Position numbers and translations under genes: made by a program. The notes below the pieces were generated by a model, which was not told the origin of the DNA, ran no database searches, and worked only from the letters and a program-made list of their open reading frames with translations. A stretch of DNA of 61,660 bases, counting the filler, from Basidiobolus ranarum (Eukaryota): the NCBI GenBank assembly GCA_040143965.1. It is 15 parts of 15 records of this genome, joined end to end, with 100 filler letters (N's around TTAATTAATTAA, not from the genome) between each part and the next. Parts side by side here need not be neighbours in the genome. Positions count along the whole stretch, not along the records: positions 12,381 to 16,404 come from JASJQH010002153.1; positions 16,505 to 20,525 come from JASJQH010002154.1; positions 20,626 to 24,645 come from JASJQH010002155.1; positions 24,746 to 28,764 come from JASJQH010002156.1; 11 more parts are not named here. The stretch is one strand, 5' to 3'. Positions within the stretch are counted from its first letter, which is position 1; every line of letters begins with the position of its first letter. Shown here piece by piece: positions 12,381-26,117 of the stretch.

Positions 12381-14008
12381 TGATCTCCAGGATTTTGCGT
12401 TTGTTGCTGGTGAATCCCGTCATTGGTGTGGGGAGGCAGTTGTTGTTGTTGGTGTGGAGCAGCCACTTGATAGGAGGTTTGTTGCGGTTGAATTGGTTGA
12501 TCGTTGGCTGGGAGAGGCAATGGCTGTTGCTGTGGAGCAGTATCTGGGTATTGGGATTGTTGTAGTGCTGGGGATATAGGTTGTAGAGGTTCTTGAGTTA
12601 CGCCAGCTACCTCTTGATGAGAGGGCTGAGCGACCGGTGGCTGGGTGGCTTGCGCAAGTACAGTTGGCTCTACAGCCTCAGTGACTCTGGATTCTTGTGG
12701 AGGGGGCTCAATATTCTCAGCCGTATCAGTACCAACAACAGCAGGTACTGTCCCCTGTGTCCCGCCGTTGAATGGAGTCTCCGCTGTAGACTTGGTGAAT
12801 TCTTTGATAGCACTCCACCAATTAGCTAATTCATCTTTGGTGAGGAATTTGAAGACGTATGAGTGCTCGGCTCGATGGAATAGCCCACCAGAGCCCTTTT
12901 CTGCAACTTCAAATGCTAAATTGGCTTCACTATAACCTCTTAGAACACTACTAGGAAGATGAATTGAGAACTCGGGGGCACCAGTTGTGGGATCAGCGTT
13001 AGAGTATCCATGCAGGAATCCAGAAGGAGTAATAAAGCAGTGATCCTTCCTAGCAGATTTAAACATACCACCTTGGCGTTCCATAACTCCATATTTCTTC
13101 GGAACTGTTAGCTGATTTTCTTTATTGGGATAATTGATCGCTTCAATAGATGTTTCAGGAGATTGTGGATCGATTAGAGGTGGCTTATTCTTCTCGAAGA
13201 AGGCATTCCACTCAAGATTTGGTGTTAAAGTCGTAATCGCTTCGTTAGCAACGTTGATTTGCTCGAGCAATTTAGTGGTGTAAGTTGTTCTCCATTTGTA
13301 GTACGATTCTAGAGTTGTTTTTAGGGTTTCTACGATGGAAGCTTCAAAAATTTCAAGAGATTTTTGAGTGGAGATCATTGATTTATGGAAGCCGTTTTCT
13401 TCTATAATCTGTTTGTGTAGCTGCCTTTGTAGACCGTTATATACGAGCCACGGATCTGTGGGTGTAGGTTTAATACTAGCACTAGTATGACTATCTGCGG
13501 CATGGCATGCCTGGTCATATTCAGAGATAATTTTGGCAGAAGTTTGACGCTCTCTACCCAGGTTGCTTTCATGCCCGATGATCTCTTTCTTTGTTGATAA
13601 TAGGCGTGTCTTGATTTCTGCCTTCAATCTACTTAGATTCCCCACAATTTGATCAGTAATACATTTTGCAAACTCTGTATGATGTTCAAATAGTTGTTGA
13701 CTAGTATTATTCACAGCCACGGTAACATCCTGTACCCCGTTATTGCCAACTGGTAATAAATGATGACCTTCTTTAAGAGGAACTTGCAGGGAGTTGAATG
13801 CCTTAGAGTAACCTCTCGCACTCTGTTGCTCGACTTCGGCTATGGTCTGAAAGTACAAGATCAATTGTTTGATGGTAGATTTCCATGCATATAGGCGTTG
13901 CTCAAAGATATCTGAAGGAAGGGCCTCTGCAGCATTAGCAGCTACATCCTCTTTGGCTTCATTAGTACTTCTCTGTCTAAATACACTAGTTTTTCTGGAG
14001 AGTGACAT
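12381..14008 (-). CDS. BAR-PH domain protein (Slm1/Slm2-like) with Q/P-rich tail, 3' truncated
   Basis: RLYAWK..LILYF helical region and TDPWL, followed by a PH domain (GVMERQG..FITPSGFLH..PEFSIHL..WWSAI) and a low-complexity Q/P C-terminus running into the spacer. Confidence 0.8.
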
Positions 14009-15717
14009 CGGTAAGTAAGAAGGTCAAATAAATGCAACTTATACAGGTCAGACGATTTATATAGCAATCTGGATCAGTAAGGGCTGAGGTGGAATAAGAT
14101 GAGATGACAACATCACTAGACTGGTTTCAAAACTAATGACGTTTAAGTTTATTGAACTTCTTGAGTGGGAATTCCAAATCAGGAATGGTGCATGATACAT
14201 GATGTTATTGGAATTACGTTGCCAACATCATTAGCGAATTGATTAGTTGACAATTCAATACATACTGGTAAAAGCGAGACGCCTACTCTGTACTCTGCTT
14301 TGGTGTTTTTGCTCATTTATCCTTTCTTTCGACTAAGATATTGAATTTTGATTGGCTGTGTTGTCAAAGTTAGTATCTGATACGAGATCCAAGGATCATA
14401 AAATCCTAGAGAGTCAGCTTCAGGTGGGTATCTGTAAGAAGCCAATGTAATCATTTGTTGATCCACTTTAATATTTACAATTTGCCAATGTGCTTTTATT
14501 TGTTTATTTGCTAGTAAAGTCTTGAGAAACAAATCAGGCATGTGTAACAACTTGCAGAGCATCGACAGCCATGTCGAGATACAGAATGTTGACCGCATTT
14601 CAAGTGGGCAGCATCTGTTGGCTATGTTGCAGGTTTCATATATATTTATGTATATACGAAATTCACAATAGTAGGATCGCTTTCAAAATGTTGTACTTTG
14701 ACATTCAAATTTTCAAGTATGGATACAGCAGTGGCATTATAACGAGCTAACAAGTTCACAAGATACAAAATAAACTAGCATATGATCAATCTTAACCTAA
14801 CAAGGTCAGCTGGTGCGTTATTAAGAGAAATCTATCCAGAACATGTAATAAAATTTGCACAAGAAACTGTATAACCAGACCAGCTAATCTAACTCTTGCA
14901 CCCACAAAGATAGTTTTTCTCCGGGACTTTCTACCAGCCATGAAATCAAGAATTATATCAATTGGTACAATATACCTTGAGATAATGCATGTCCGAGAGT
15001 AGTTGTTGCTATGATGTATAAGTATCATTTAGTTGCCCTTGCTAACAGAGCCATTTCTGTATTTTCCATCATTAGGGGTTGACTAGAGTACTTTCTTGGC
15101 CGAATGGTAAAAGCAAACCGTTTTCTTTCCTTCGTTCATTTTGAAAACAGACGAACTTGTGAAAATACTCGCAAGAGAACAAGCAGTGAATGCAAAATAA
15201 GTCGAGGGTATTTTATCGTTCTTTCTTGATACTTTTCCGAGCACAACCTTAAAGCAGTGTAAGTGGAGCCTAATAATCACATTTGAATAGCTGTTACATA
15301 TACTTTGATTGCTCGATGAACTCCTACTTTGCAATCACAATATTTAGAAAAAACAATCATATTAGAACTAAATTCATAGCAGAGAACAATCTAGAGTTTA
15401 TTAGAATATGACCTGTGCAAGTAACAGACGTACAGGTAGGCTTTATAATAGGTTACGCATGACCCTTCAATTACTGTTAAAGTATTAATTGCTTCAATAA
15501 ACGTTTCGGTTAAAATGTTTGATCAACCAACAGGGTATATTCAAAATGTCGGGAATATGATTGGAATCCAAGACAGAAATTCCAGTTAAATTGTTTCTAA
15601 AAAAGAGAAAACACTGTAAATATGTTCGATAATTTAAAACACACCCAAATCTTTGTGTAACTCCAAAGAGCAAGGATACAGTTGTGCTAGTCATTCATGG
15701 GAGATATGCTAATCTAA

Positions 15718-16404
15718 CTAACACAACTCACTCCATACCAAAGGAAGGAACACTACACATGCAGTGTATAACACGCTCATTGCTTTGATGATATTTAAAG
15801 GAAGGTATGCTAGAGTAAGGGCAACGGATGTCACTGAGAGGTTCATGGTGCACTTGGAAGATGTTGCGGCAGAAAAGTCGCCTGATAGGGGAGTGGAGGA
15901 GGATGGCCACAATGGAGCAAGAAGCACATGGAAAATAATGCCGTAAATGGCTACAGCATAGAAATGGAACATCAAAACGAGAGGATTGGGAATCAAACTA
16001 TAATCATCATAAAATATTAGTATTTGTTGGAAGATAGCATCATACCTTATGTTCACTTACCCAGCAAGTAGTCCGATGGGGCCAGAGACAGCAATTCCGC
16101 CAAGTTGGAAGTAATTGAAGCATGAAAGTTGGAGAATTCTCAAGTTATCAGCTAAATACAAAAATTGGTTAAATGGAAGTTCAATAAATATATATCGAAA
16201 GATGTTTACAATTTTCAGGAGCAGAGAATAATGAATATAACGCCATAGCAAGAATGTTGATCATTGAGGCGCGAGATTTACGATTCCAGTGATGCTTCTT
16301 CATTTGCTTAATGACTAATGCAGTATCATTGAAGTCTGGCACTTTTTCCTTCGATAACAGATCAGCAGCATGATCGGCAACCCACAAGGCCACGGTCATT
16401 CCAC
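15718..16404 (-). CDS. ERG1: Squalene epoxidase, 3' part, two introns
   Basis: GMTVAL..HWNRK..INILAMALYSLF / LQLSCFNYFQLGG..SGPIGLLAG / PNPLVLMFHFYAVAIYG, ending in ACVVFLPLVWSEL. Confidence 0.9.
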
Positions 16405-17149
16405 NNNNNNNNNNNNNNNNNNNNNNNNNNNNNNNNNNNNNNNNNNNNTTAATTAATTAANNNNNNNNNNNNNNNNNNNNNNNNNNNNNNNNNNNNNNNN
16501 NNNNAGCCTTGGGATCTGCCCTATCTTTCCCGTTGGTTGCAATTGCATGTCTTTGTAATCCTTTTGATACATAATCATATCAGCACCATCACTTCTATTG
16601 ATCACAACGAACACTTTACATATTCACTTACGAAATTTGTAGCAACCTTCGAGGTTACGTATTGTAATACATTGCAGTTACCAGACTCAATCGACCAACA
16701 TTATATAATAATAAACATTAATTCCTGATGTCATATGTATGGTATAGATTTATCCAGGAAGATCTTTATTTTACCTGAAGTCAACCCCGCCAGGAACCAT
16801 CTTGGCAGTATACATATATATGAGTGTATAATGCCAGGCTTCGAGGCGAGTTCCCAATGAAAGATTTTTTTAAGGAGATAATCAGGCTTGGCTACAAAAA
16901 TAGGGGAAGGATGAAGAGGGCAATTCATAAAGATTGATACATCAGTGATAGACAAGTGTAGTATGGGTAAAGTGAAAATTCAACGGAATCCTATATCCTA
17001 ATATATTTACGTATGTAGGCCTATGTCCGTAACATTGCTTGGTATTAGAAAGAGTTTCTACGTCCATGAACAACCTTGCCTCACTTCCTCCATAACAATC
17101 ACAACCTAACCAGAGGAATAATGAGTGATGACCAAAGCACTCAAATGAT

Positions 17150-17569
17150 TATCTTGACGAAAGTTGGCGCACTCATGGAATATTTTGGTGGCTCCTGAGT
17201 GATTACATGATCGATATCAGTGAATCGAAAGTCTTCCGTGGTAAGCGAGGAGATGGACGAACTATCCTCATCCGATGTTTGACTAGTTTCCACCCATTTT
17301 TCTTTTAACCAAGATTTGTAAACTTTGCATAAATTGGTCGGAAATGAACCCAGATTTTTGTTCATATCATTTTGTAAGAAACCAACAAAAGAATCACCAT
17401 TCTGTTCTATCACGTGAATAATATCTCCTTTGAAAAATTGTAAAGCATCTGTGAACTTCTCATCACCATGATAATCGCCAGTTGCTTCGACAACAGATAT
17501 TACTCGACTTGAATAAACATTAATTGAGGTAATGAAACTGCGAGAATTTATGGATTTCTCATCAGTCAT
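17150..17569 (-). CDS. SH3-domain-containing protein (first exon; downstream exons unresolved)
   Basis: VVEATGDY..ALQFFKGDIIHVIEQNGDSFVGFL..GSFPTNLC fits the SH3 consensus. Likely ATG at 17569 (MTDEK). Confidence 0.6.
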
Positions 17570-20139
17570 GCGTAAATAATACTTGGTTCGAAGGCAACAA
17601 GGGAACATGACGGAAACGAAGCCCTTCAAGTTGATTAAGAAGAGAGAAGTAGAAAGCACAAGTTAAAGTATCCGACTGGCTATGCTGTGCGAGTCCCATA
17701 TATATATAGGAATGTTCGGCGATGGTATCTGTCGTTCTGGTGAAAGGATCCCATCCATAAAGGGGGATGTTGTGGGCTTAACATGTATAACGGTGGAACA
17801 AATGAATTTGTAATTAATTATAACTGATTTACACTGCCTCTGGAATTGAGTGACTTTCACAAGTGATCTCCCCTTCAAGGTTTCATTTTCCATCGTTCAA
17901 AATCGAATTCTATCGATGCGAACCTTTGCCAGGGAACTCGTGATAGATGAATCATGGGAAAAACAGATGGAGTCATCAAGAAAAAGAAACTCTCCGTAAT
18001 GTTCAGTCAGCATGAGTGAAAGGGGAATATCAGAAGAAAAGGAGAAATGGGAGAGTGCTAATATACCATGGCCCGAGAACAAGAGTGAAGTGTGTTTGTT
18101 CAGAAGTCAAATTTGGCCAGATGAATTTGCTTTTTGTATGGTATCACTCGTCCATCTACGGTGGCGGGAAGAGCAAAAGATAGTTTGTAGTGGTAAACAT
18201 AAAAAAAGTCAATGGTATGTTGTGTCTTGCTTCTGGAACTTCAGAGCAAGAGAAATTCCATCACATTTAATTAATGTTAAGCCCTTGATGATAGACGCGC
18301 ACGAGAAGGTAGGGCCACATATGTAAGTAAAACCATCCTCTTGAAAGAGAAACATGGTTCGAACAATACTGCACGATAGTCTGAGATTGATGATCATAGA
18401 GATTCATGATTAGCCCATTTCTAGTATTTTTCTGGGTGCAAATAAACTAAATACGCAAAGTTCACTAAAGTCTGCCACACTACTGCAAAGCATAACAAAG
18501 CCATTCTGAATCAAAAGCATCCACTTGTTCTTCATTGGATCCAACCTGATTTGTTGAGAATATATTAATAAGTTGTACAGAATCCTGTAACATCTTCAAG
18601 CATATGGGTGCATATCCACTACCAACCAGACCTAAATTCAGAACTCTTCGATTAAATTGATTGGAAAACAATGGGGATTGCCCCTCTTGCCGACTAAAAT
18701 ACGATCCCCTTGGCCCCGGTATACATTTCCCCACAATTTATTCTTTCACGAGGGATGAATCCTATACGTATTCTTCCAAGGTACTTATGACATAGTCTTG
18801 ACAACATAGCCAAAACTTGTTTGTGAAGTAATAATGCCGTAAACCCTGTAACACATGCTTCTTATGTCTGTACCGAAATAACATGCATTCTCTGAATCCT
18901 GACGCAAACTATCCCACCGCCACTGTGCAAACCTGAACTCGCTCGATATAAATGTGAATGATGCCATAAATTGCCATAATCAATAAGCAGTATATTTATC
19001 CCATGGTAATTCTGTGAGCGATCTTGATCTCAGCCTTTATTATACGTGAATGGTAGTCGGGATTTATCTGGTCTTACTGGCTTAGTTAAGTGGCTTTGTG
19101 CTCAGTATATCTGCCATTTACGCAAAACCCAAATTAAGCTTAGTCCATGCTGATAGTTCAAATTCGCCTTTGGATAATTAAATCAATGTTTCACAAGTGT
19201 ACGCCATGTACTGTGTTTAATTGATGTTTTCTAAAACTGACCCAACCTTACAATACTCATGTATGAACACCACTTAATGTTGATGTCTAATTAGAGCACT
19301 TTGTTTGCTGAACTGAGCTGAGTCAATACAGCAACATTCTATCCACGTAGCACTGTATACAACTCAATATAGGCCAAACGCATGTGCAGTGAAAAAGTGT
19401 AGCTTGTGCGTTGATAAGCATCCTATCAAGAATCCCATGTAGGAGTTAATATAATGCTATGTCCACAACAGACTTAACGTCATTAACCATTTCGTAGGAA
19501 ACTAACATTGTATTCTATGACATGCTCGAGATGAAATTCCAGAAATGATTAGACTAAGGAAGTTTAGTAACTAGTTGGCAAACAGGCTATCTGAAATCCC
19601 TTTCCCTAGTCGATATATAGCCTTTATAAGCGTAATTGAATCCTTTGGGATTGCAATTTAAATTGATTCTTTAATGAATAAAATGCGATAACAAGGCGAT
19701 ATACTAAGACTGTGTTTCATTAACATTTAAGGTTCTTTCACCTAATTCATGCATAATTCGGTTCCTAGCATTGGACAAATATAAAAGTATCGAGCCAATA
19801 GAATCTCGATAATAATAAGTACTCGTTAAAAGACCCAACTCAAACGTTAACTGGTTTTTTAGTAAGCGCTTCTTTTGAATATGATATGAAAGTCAAACGA
19901 AATTAACCGGTTTACCATATTCTAACATTCACTTTCTCCACCTTCAATTCATCTTAACAGTGGGGTTTTCTCAATTTTGCTTTTCCTTTTCTTTAATATC
20001 TAACGCCAAAATATCTATCCAAGAACGTGAACATTTTTGACTTTCAAATATAGCCTACTTAACTTAACCTCTTACACTACTAATAATCCAACATTCACTC
20101 TCTATTTTCAAATATAATCTCTTACTCAAAAAATGAACT

Positions 20140-20525
20140 CCTTATGGAGTGGTGTTCGCCAGGCTCTGGCAAATAAGACTTCACTGTTCACACCTGGCCA
20201 GTCCCATAAGAAACGAGAGTTCAGCTTGCATACCATTAATAAAAGCAATCTATAAAAGAGTTAACTTCCTTTGCTTCTTCAGGTTCCATCAGATACTCAT
20301 GAACCTCACCACTAGGTTCAGTAAGTGTACTGATGAATCTTTCTCTGGCTGGAACTCTGGGAATAGAGTCTACCTTGAAGTAGTTGCTGCTCTTGACTTC
20401 ATTATTGGTACTGGATTTTCCTCTAATGAAAGCCATTATAGCTCCATGCCCCTTGTTTAGGCTTAATGGATTTCCTTGACTATCACAGATCTTGCCATAC
20501 TTGTTAATGGAAGCTCTGTTCTGGT
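20140..20525 (-). mobile_element. Possible degenerate LTR-retrotransposon (gypsy-like gag) fragment
   Basis: CpG-poor broken frame INKYGKICDSQGNPLSLNKGHGAI resembles fungal gypsy gag C-termini. This is a recalled resemblance only. Confidence 0.3.
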
Positions 20526-20625
20526 NNNNNNNNNNNNNNNNNNNNNNNNNNNNNNNNNNNNNNNNNNNNTTAATTAATTAANNNNNNNNNNNNNNNNNNN
20601 NNNNNNNNNNNNNNNNNNNNNNNNN

Positions 20626-21421
20626 ACTTAGCATGCTCTCTATCTTTGGCCGTTGCAGTTGATTTATGAGCCTCAGTGTATTTGTCGGTAGCAGTGGATT
20701 TGTGAGTTTCAGTAGACTTATCAGTAGCGGTGGACTTCTGAGCCTCTGTAGATTTGTCACTTACAGTGGGCTTAGCGGTCTCAGTGGATTTGTCACTAGT
20801 GGCAGTCTTATGAGACTCGGTAGATTTCTCACTATCAGTAGGCTTGTGAGCTTCACTAGACTTGTCACTTGCAGTGGGCTTATGAGTCTCACTAGATTTT
20901 TCACTAGCAGTTGACTTAGGGGACTCACTAGATTTATCACTTGCACTGGGTTTGTGAGTCTCGGTGGATTTATCATTTACTGTAGATTTAGCAGATTCGG
21001 TAGGTCTGTCACTAGCAGTGGACTTGGAAGACTCGGCGGACTTAGCACTGGCGTTGGCAGTTGACTTGGGAGACTCAGTAGGTTTGTGATCACTCTTATG
21101 TGCATTGTACCAGTTGCAAATAGGTGCTTCAAGATTTTTTGCTAATGAAATATCTTTAGAAGTACATTTCGATGCTACAAAGCATTTTGAGCTACTGTCT
21201 AAGAACGCTGTAGTTTTAGCGTCACCATCACAGAGGCAAGCAAGTGATTGAATAAAGTCGACACTGGTTGAATCTTCCGTATATTGAGCAAAGCATTGTT
21301 TACCAGCCTGTACAGTACAAGAAGTTATACAATCACTGGGTGATGCATATGGGAACTCAGTAGAAGCGGAGACAACAGTTGCGACAGCAATGCTGACTAA
21401 AAGTTTAGTAGCAAAATACAT
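20626..21421 (-). CDS. Secreted protein: signal peptide, Cys-rich domain, then 12-aa Ser/Thr/Lys-rich repeats; 3' truncated
   Basis: MYFATKLLVSIAVATVVSA signal. An 8-Cys domain (FPY..CITSC..AGKQC..YTED..FIQSLAC.C). Then repeats of the E-x-x-K-[SP]-T-x-[ST]-D-K-S-[ST] type. TATA-like sequence upstream. Confidence 0.8.
20650..21075 (-). repeat. Coding tandem repeat, 36-nt (12-aa) unit, about 11-12 imperfect copies
   Basis: ESSKSTASDRPT / ESAKSTVNDKST / ETHKPSASDKSS / ESPKSTASEKSS / ETHKPTASDKSS and further copies. Confidence 0.85.
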
Positions 21422-24400
21422 TGTTATGATGAAGAGTTTGATAATGTTTTTAATTGAAATACCTGAGAATACTTATATAGTTTATAAATTTTCGGCATGG
21501 GAAAACTAGTAGTCGAACTTACCATCGTAAAGTGCGCTTGTCATTAAGAGAATTCTGGAACGAAGAAGTGGCAAATGCTATCCAATAAAGTAAAAATAGT
21601 GCATGCAGTTTCATACCCATAACTGAAATCAAGAAGTTTTCTAATTTTAGATTACGCATTAAGCAGAGATGGATGAAAAGATTAGTTGATAAATATACAA
21701 TTCAAGTTGCGGATAATTGGATCCCTATAGAAATGACAAGTATATAGCGGTATTGAATGGTCGAAGAATGTTTGCTTTCTCGATTAGCGCAGAGTATCCC
21801 AATATGAGAGAATCTATTTATGTGTAGTATATTTAGAGTTTGGTTTGTTCATTTTATATAGTAACATTATGACTGAGGTAGATTATTCTCTACTATTACT
21901 GAAGCTTAGTCTCGGATTTCTGTTTCTTACTTAGAATTCCAACTTTAGCGGAGCAACGATTACCGATCGCAGTATAAACCAGGCGCTTAGAAGCTTCTCT
22001 ACACTTATGGCGCCATTTTTTCCTTTTGTGATTATGCTTAATTCAGTAGTTAATTCCAATAGAGAAATTCGATCATTCGGATGGCGTCAAAGTTCCTACT
22101 TCCCGATAAGATTCAACCCTAATTTGATGAATCGGAGATGTAACAACTCTATACAGATATAAAGGGTATGTACGAGTCTGTTCGATTAATATTCTCTCAA
22201 GCCAGTTGAAAGCGATCCGCAAGTACTGTGCCTGCTGATCTATGTTAATGCTTTTAGCCTGGATATGAAAAATGTTACTCCAGGAAAAAACTTGGACAAT
22301 TGTAAGATTGACCTTTCATGGCCAATGCTACTAACCGGATAAGAGTTGTGCCATGAATTCGACATGTATGGTACACCTTTGTAACGGTTTGAGAACATCA
22401 TTTGAATGCCCCATTTTACGAAATGAAGTTTTAACGGAAATCATGATAATTTTATACTTCAAGTCATATCAAATTGGACACATTAGTGTAATAATCTTAC
22501 AAAATTAACAATGACTTGGAAGCATATAGTGAATATGGGCGAAGCTTGTTCAAACGTCTGATTAAAATATTTAAAATTATATAGATCACAGTAGAGGTAT
22601 GCAATTATCTAAAAGTTAGGCCGGCTGTTGAATTAATATGACAACAATGAGTTAATCTTGATGTTTGTTACCGCTGATAAGTTTCAGGTATAGTGTATTA
22701 TTTAATGAAATATGCACTAGTGCTCCTAACTGATTCACTTTTTTGCATAAGATTTACAATTAATATTAGTTTGACATTCAACAAATATATTGAAAATTCA
22801 ATATACTAAATCTTTCATATTCATAGCCAATATAACTTGTTATATATAACTAAAATGCTACTTTTCAGCAATCAATGCATTGAAAGGGACTGGCGAAGCA
22901 ATATTCTCCCTTAGCGTTCTCTGAATTTACTAATTGCTGGTGAAAAAGTGTTTTTATCAGAAATAAAACTTGAAGAAGACATGTTCTGTTTCACTTATAA
23001 TAGCAAAAGAATGCATCCAAAGAAGCTCAATTCAATGGAATTTCTCTTTCAACCAGGCAGATTGTAATTTATGTACTGAAATCATGCATTGGTAGATGTG
23101 ACTGCTCAAATATATTGCTGGGTATCAAATCTCGAATACTATATTAATGCCTATGTAACCATTAGTCAACAGATACTATTTAGTACTCCTGAGGATGCTA
23201 GATCCTATTGCTAAGCTTCACACATTACCTGTGAATGAGTCAGAAATGCCACATACTATTGATCTCAAGTTCGAAGTTTTTGGCAGCTCCAGTAAGAGTA
23301 ATGGGGTCCAGTCACTAGTACCACATGTAAAAGTTCAATGTATAATTTGCTCAATATCTGAGCTAGTAGGTAGTTGCAGAGTAAGCTACAATGCTTTAAG
23401 GTGGTCAGTCCTAATTTTAATTAGATGGAGCTCATGAAAAGTATTTCCTTTCTTGTCACTGACTAGCCTATATAAGGTCAACTCTGACGTCGACCATCGG
23501 ATACTACGTTAATCCATTCGACGAGGTTTGCTTCGGATTTACTGATTATATAAGTTCGCGAATTGCACATGCTAATTGGTGCTGATTCACAGCAATATAT
23601 ACATATATGGCATTGAATATATTCTGTGGCGTGTTCAGCAAATGATGATGAGCCTTATCCTTGCCGAAGGGTCAGTATTCTTTGTGCCACAATATGGTTC
23701 ATGTTTCAGAGTGATCGGATTCATATTTAAGGCCATCAATGTCCTAGATTCTGTGCCTAGGGCGTTTAATTTAGTTCCGGAGACTTATTTGAGTGCTAGT
23801 ACAAAATTTTGGAATTACAAGTCAACGGTCACTATATAGTGTTCACTTTCGGCCAGACCAAAAATTAATGCTGTCTACCACTTAATTATTTGCCGTGCAG
23901 CAACATCAGATTTCTGAATGGATTAATATTTTCGAAAGTCTGAATATAGTAATACTAGTTTAAGAAATTGATTCATTCCAATATCAATGCTTTAAAATAA
24001 TCATGGAATTAGTTTCCTTGTACAATACATGTGGGTTACAGTTGCATAGGCATGTCGAGATCCAACTAGGCTAATTATAATTAACTTCCCTGTCAACCAA
24101 AAAAGAATTGGTGAGCAAACGCATCGAATTATGTAAAATGTATCAAGGTTGTAGGCTATAATGATTCCCAGTATTGGTTTACAACTTGCAAATCACACCT
24201 AATCAGTGTATTCTCTCTCCCTATTTTTGTTTTCTTTTAACGATCGTCAGTGTGATAGGATTGATAAGAGAATCCAATAGTAGAGAAGTCATAGCCTATT
24301 AGCATCTTATTTAACTACTCGCTATTTCGTAAAGAATTAATGTGAAAAAACCATTCAATCATTTATTTACTTCTCTCGAGATAACTGAAAACTTAAATAC

Positions 24401-24479
24401 ACATGAAATCGTATTGAAACAACGTTCACAATTAATCACATCTGCTGTACAATGATACAGTATTTGAAATCTAGAGAAT

Positions 24480-24644
24480 TTATGCCCAATCACAGATGAT
24501 CGATTGACCAAAAGTTCTGCATACAGTACCTGGCGCACAGGCTTGATGAACTAATTTACCATTAGAGCAGATGGTGAACTTGTTGGATTTACCAGAATCA
24601 GCGCATTGGTAAGCACCATCTTTGCATGCAACTGGGGTAGGTTT
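24480..24644 (-). CDS. C-terminal CBM19-type chitin-binding module of a gene truncated by the contig edge (absent from the ORF track)
   Basis: Manual translation: KPTPVACKDGAYQCADSGKSNKFTICSNGKLVHQACAPGTVCRTFGQSIICDWA*. It has the six-Cys C..G...C / C..G / CAPGTVC / CD pattern. Confidence 0.8.
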   Translation of the reverse strand, partial: KPTPVACKDGAYQCADSGKSNKFTICSNGKLVHQACAPGTVCRTFGQSIICDWA

Positions 24645-24745
24645 ANNNNNNNNNNNNNNNNNNNNNNNNNNNNNNNNNNNNNNNNNNNNTTAATTAATTA
24701 ANNNNNNNNNNNNNNNNNNNNNNNNNNNNNNNNNNNNNNNNNNNN

Positions 24746-24856
24746 CACTATCATAAATGTGGGTGCATTGTGTTTAGGGTTAGTTAAAAGTACAGAAATA
24801 TTTTGCAAGCAAGGGGCGCTCCAAATACTGTGATGACTTGTAGCAAAATTTTGCAT
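24746..24856 (+). repeat. 111-bp terminal direct repeat, copy 1 (contig start)
   Basis: CACTATCATAAATGTGGG...CAAAATTTTGCAT is identical to 28654-28764. Confidence 0.97.
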
Positions 24857-25040
24857 AACCTGGTACGTTATTCGGATGGTTAGCAAGCTACATATTATAA
24901 TACCTAGGTATTGAACTTGACCATTAGGTCCATTCGCAGATTCTCTTTCCATTGCACTATTCACTATATCAACAATCATTTCAAAAAAAGAATCTTATCC
25001 AATATAGTGGAGCAATAAAAAAGGGTGTTCAAAAAGTAAT

Positions 25041-25122
25041 CGACACCTGCAGGATTCGAACCTGCGCTCCCATAGGGAAATGCCTTAGCAGGGCACCGCG
25101 TTAACCACTCCGCCAAAGTGTC
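25041..25122 (-). tRNA. tRNA-Ser(GCT)
   Basis: GACACTTTGGCGGAGTGGTT..GTGCC-CTGCTAA-GGCAT, long variable arm, GGTTCGAATCC..GGTGTCG. 82 nt, T5 terminator downstream. Confidence 0.95.
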
Positions 25123-25644
25123 ATTAGCTATGAATTTAGTTTGGTAAAGATATCTTATTGCCTTTTGATTATAGACTTATAGGCTTAGATCTACGACCAC
25201 TTGTGGAAGCTCCGAGGAAAATATAGATTCATACTAAAATCGCTATTTAGGCTTTAATGCTCAATTTTTAAGTCGCTATTTGAGCTTGCTGGGTAAAAAT
25301 CCTTTATAAATTGCTGCGCTTTCGATTTACAAGTCCTCAAATTTGAATGTCGTCATTTTCTCTTTTCTGTCTGTCTTACTGGGTGATATTTGGTTGCCAG
25401 CCGAAAAATATGGTTTGGAAATTTGGTATGTGCGTAAGCAGCACAATAAATGTTGCTTATACCATAGCCTTAGTGTTTAATACTTGACTATAGTTCAATC
25501 TGGAACGCTTCCTGCCACCACCACACTGGGAGTAATATAAAGGAGATGGAATAACATATTGAAATATATCTCGATAGATTGCCCAGCTTTTGATGTATAC
25601 TAATTAGAGGTATTCATATTCACTGTTTTACTATAAAAACATGA

Positions 25645-25717
25645 GCCCGGATAGCTCAGTCGGTAGAGCATGAGACTTTTAATCTTAGGGTCGGGGGTTC
25701 GAGCCCCCCTTTGGGCG
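25645..25717 (+). tRNA. tRNA-Lys(TTT)
   Basis: GCCCGGATAGCTCAGTCGGTAGAGCA-TGAGA-CTTTTAA-TCTTA..GGTTCGAGCCCC..TTGGGCG. T6 downstream. Confidence 0.95.
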
Positions 25718-26046
25718 ATAATTTTTTCTATTTTATTATATTCATTTTGGTGTCTCTAAATGTTACGATGAGGCATGGTTGGTCAAAACTTCTATCTTGC
25801 CAGAACAAACACTTATGAATATCTATCTACTCTGCCACCGGTATACAGTGAAATTTGTATTTTAGCAGTCCGCTCTCTCTGAACGCCTTTAGTGTATACA
25901 TACGTACGTGTGTGTATATCAGTTTGCTGCGATTATATTAGCAAGAAAAGGGGCTGATCGTTACTGCTCAATCTGACTATAAGTATGACATAGCCCATTA
26001 GTTAAAATTAATACAAAATTACTCCTGGATTGTTATATATGAACGC

Positions 26047-26117
26047 GCGCTAGTAGTATAGCGGTAGAATAACTGCCTTCCAAGCAGTTGGCCTGGGTTC
26101 GACTCCCAGCTAGCGCA
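26047..26117 (+). tRNA. tRNA-Gly(TCC)
   Basis: GCGCTAG/CTAGCGC acceptor, ACTGC-CTTCCAA-GCAGT anticodon arm, CTGGG-TTCGACT-CCCAG T arm. Long T tract downstream. Confidence 0.95.

Noticed and set aside
17663-18967. Chain of short minus-strand ORFs that may be a decayed gene
   Set aside because: I could not recognise any motif or consistent splice pattern.
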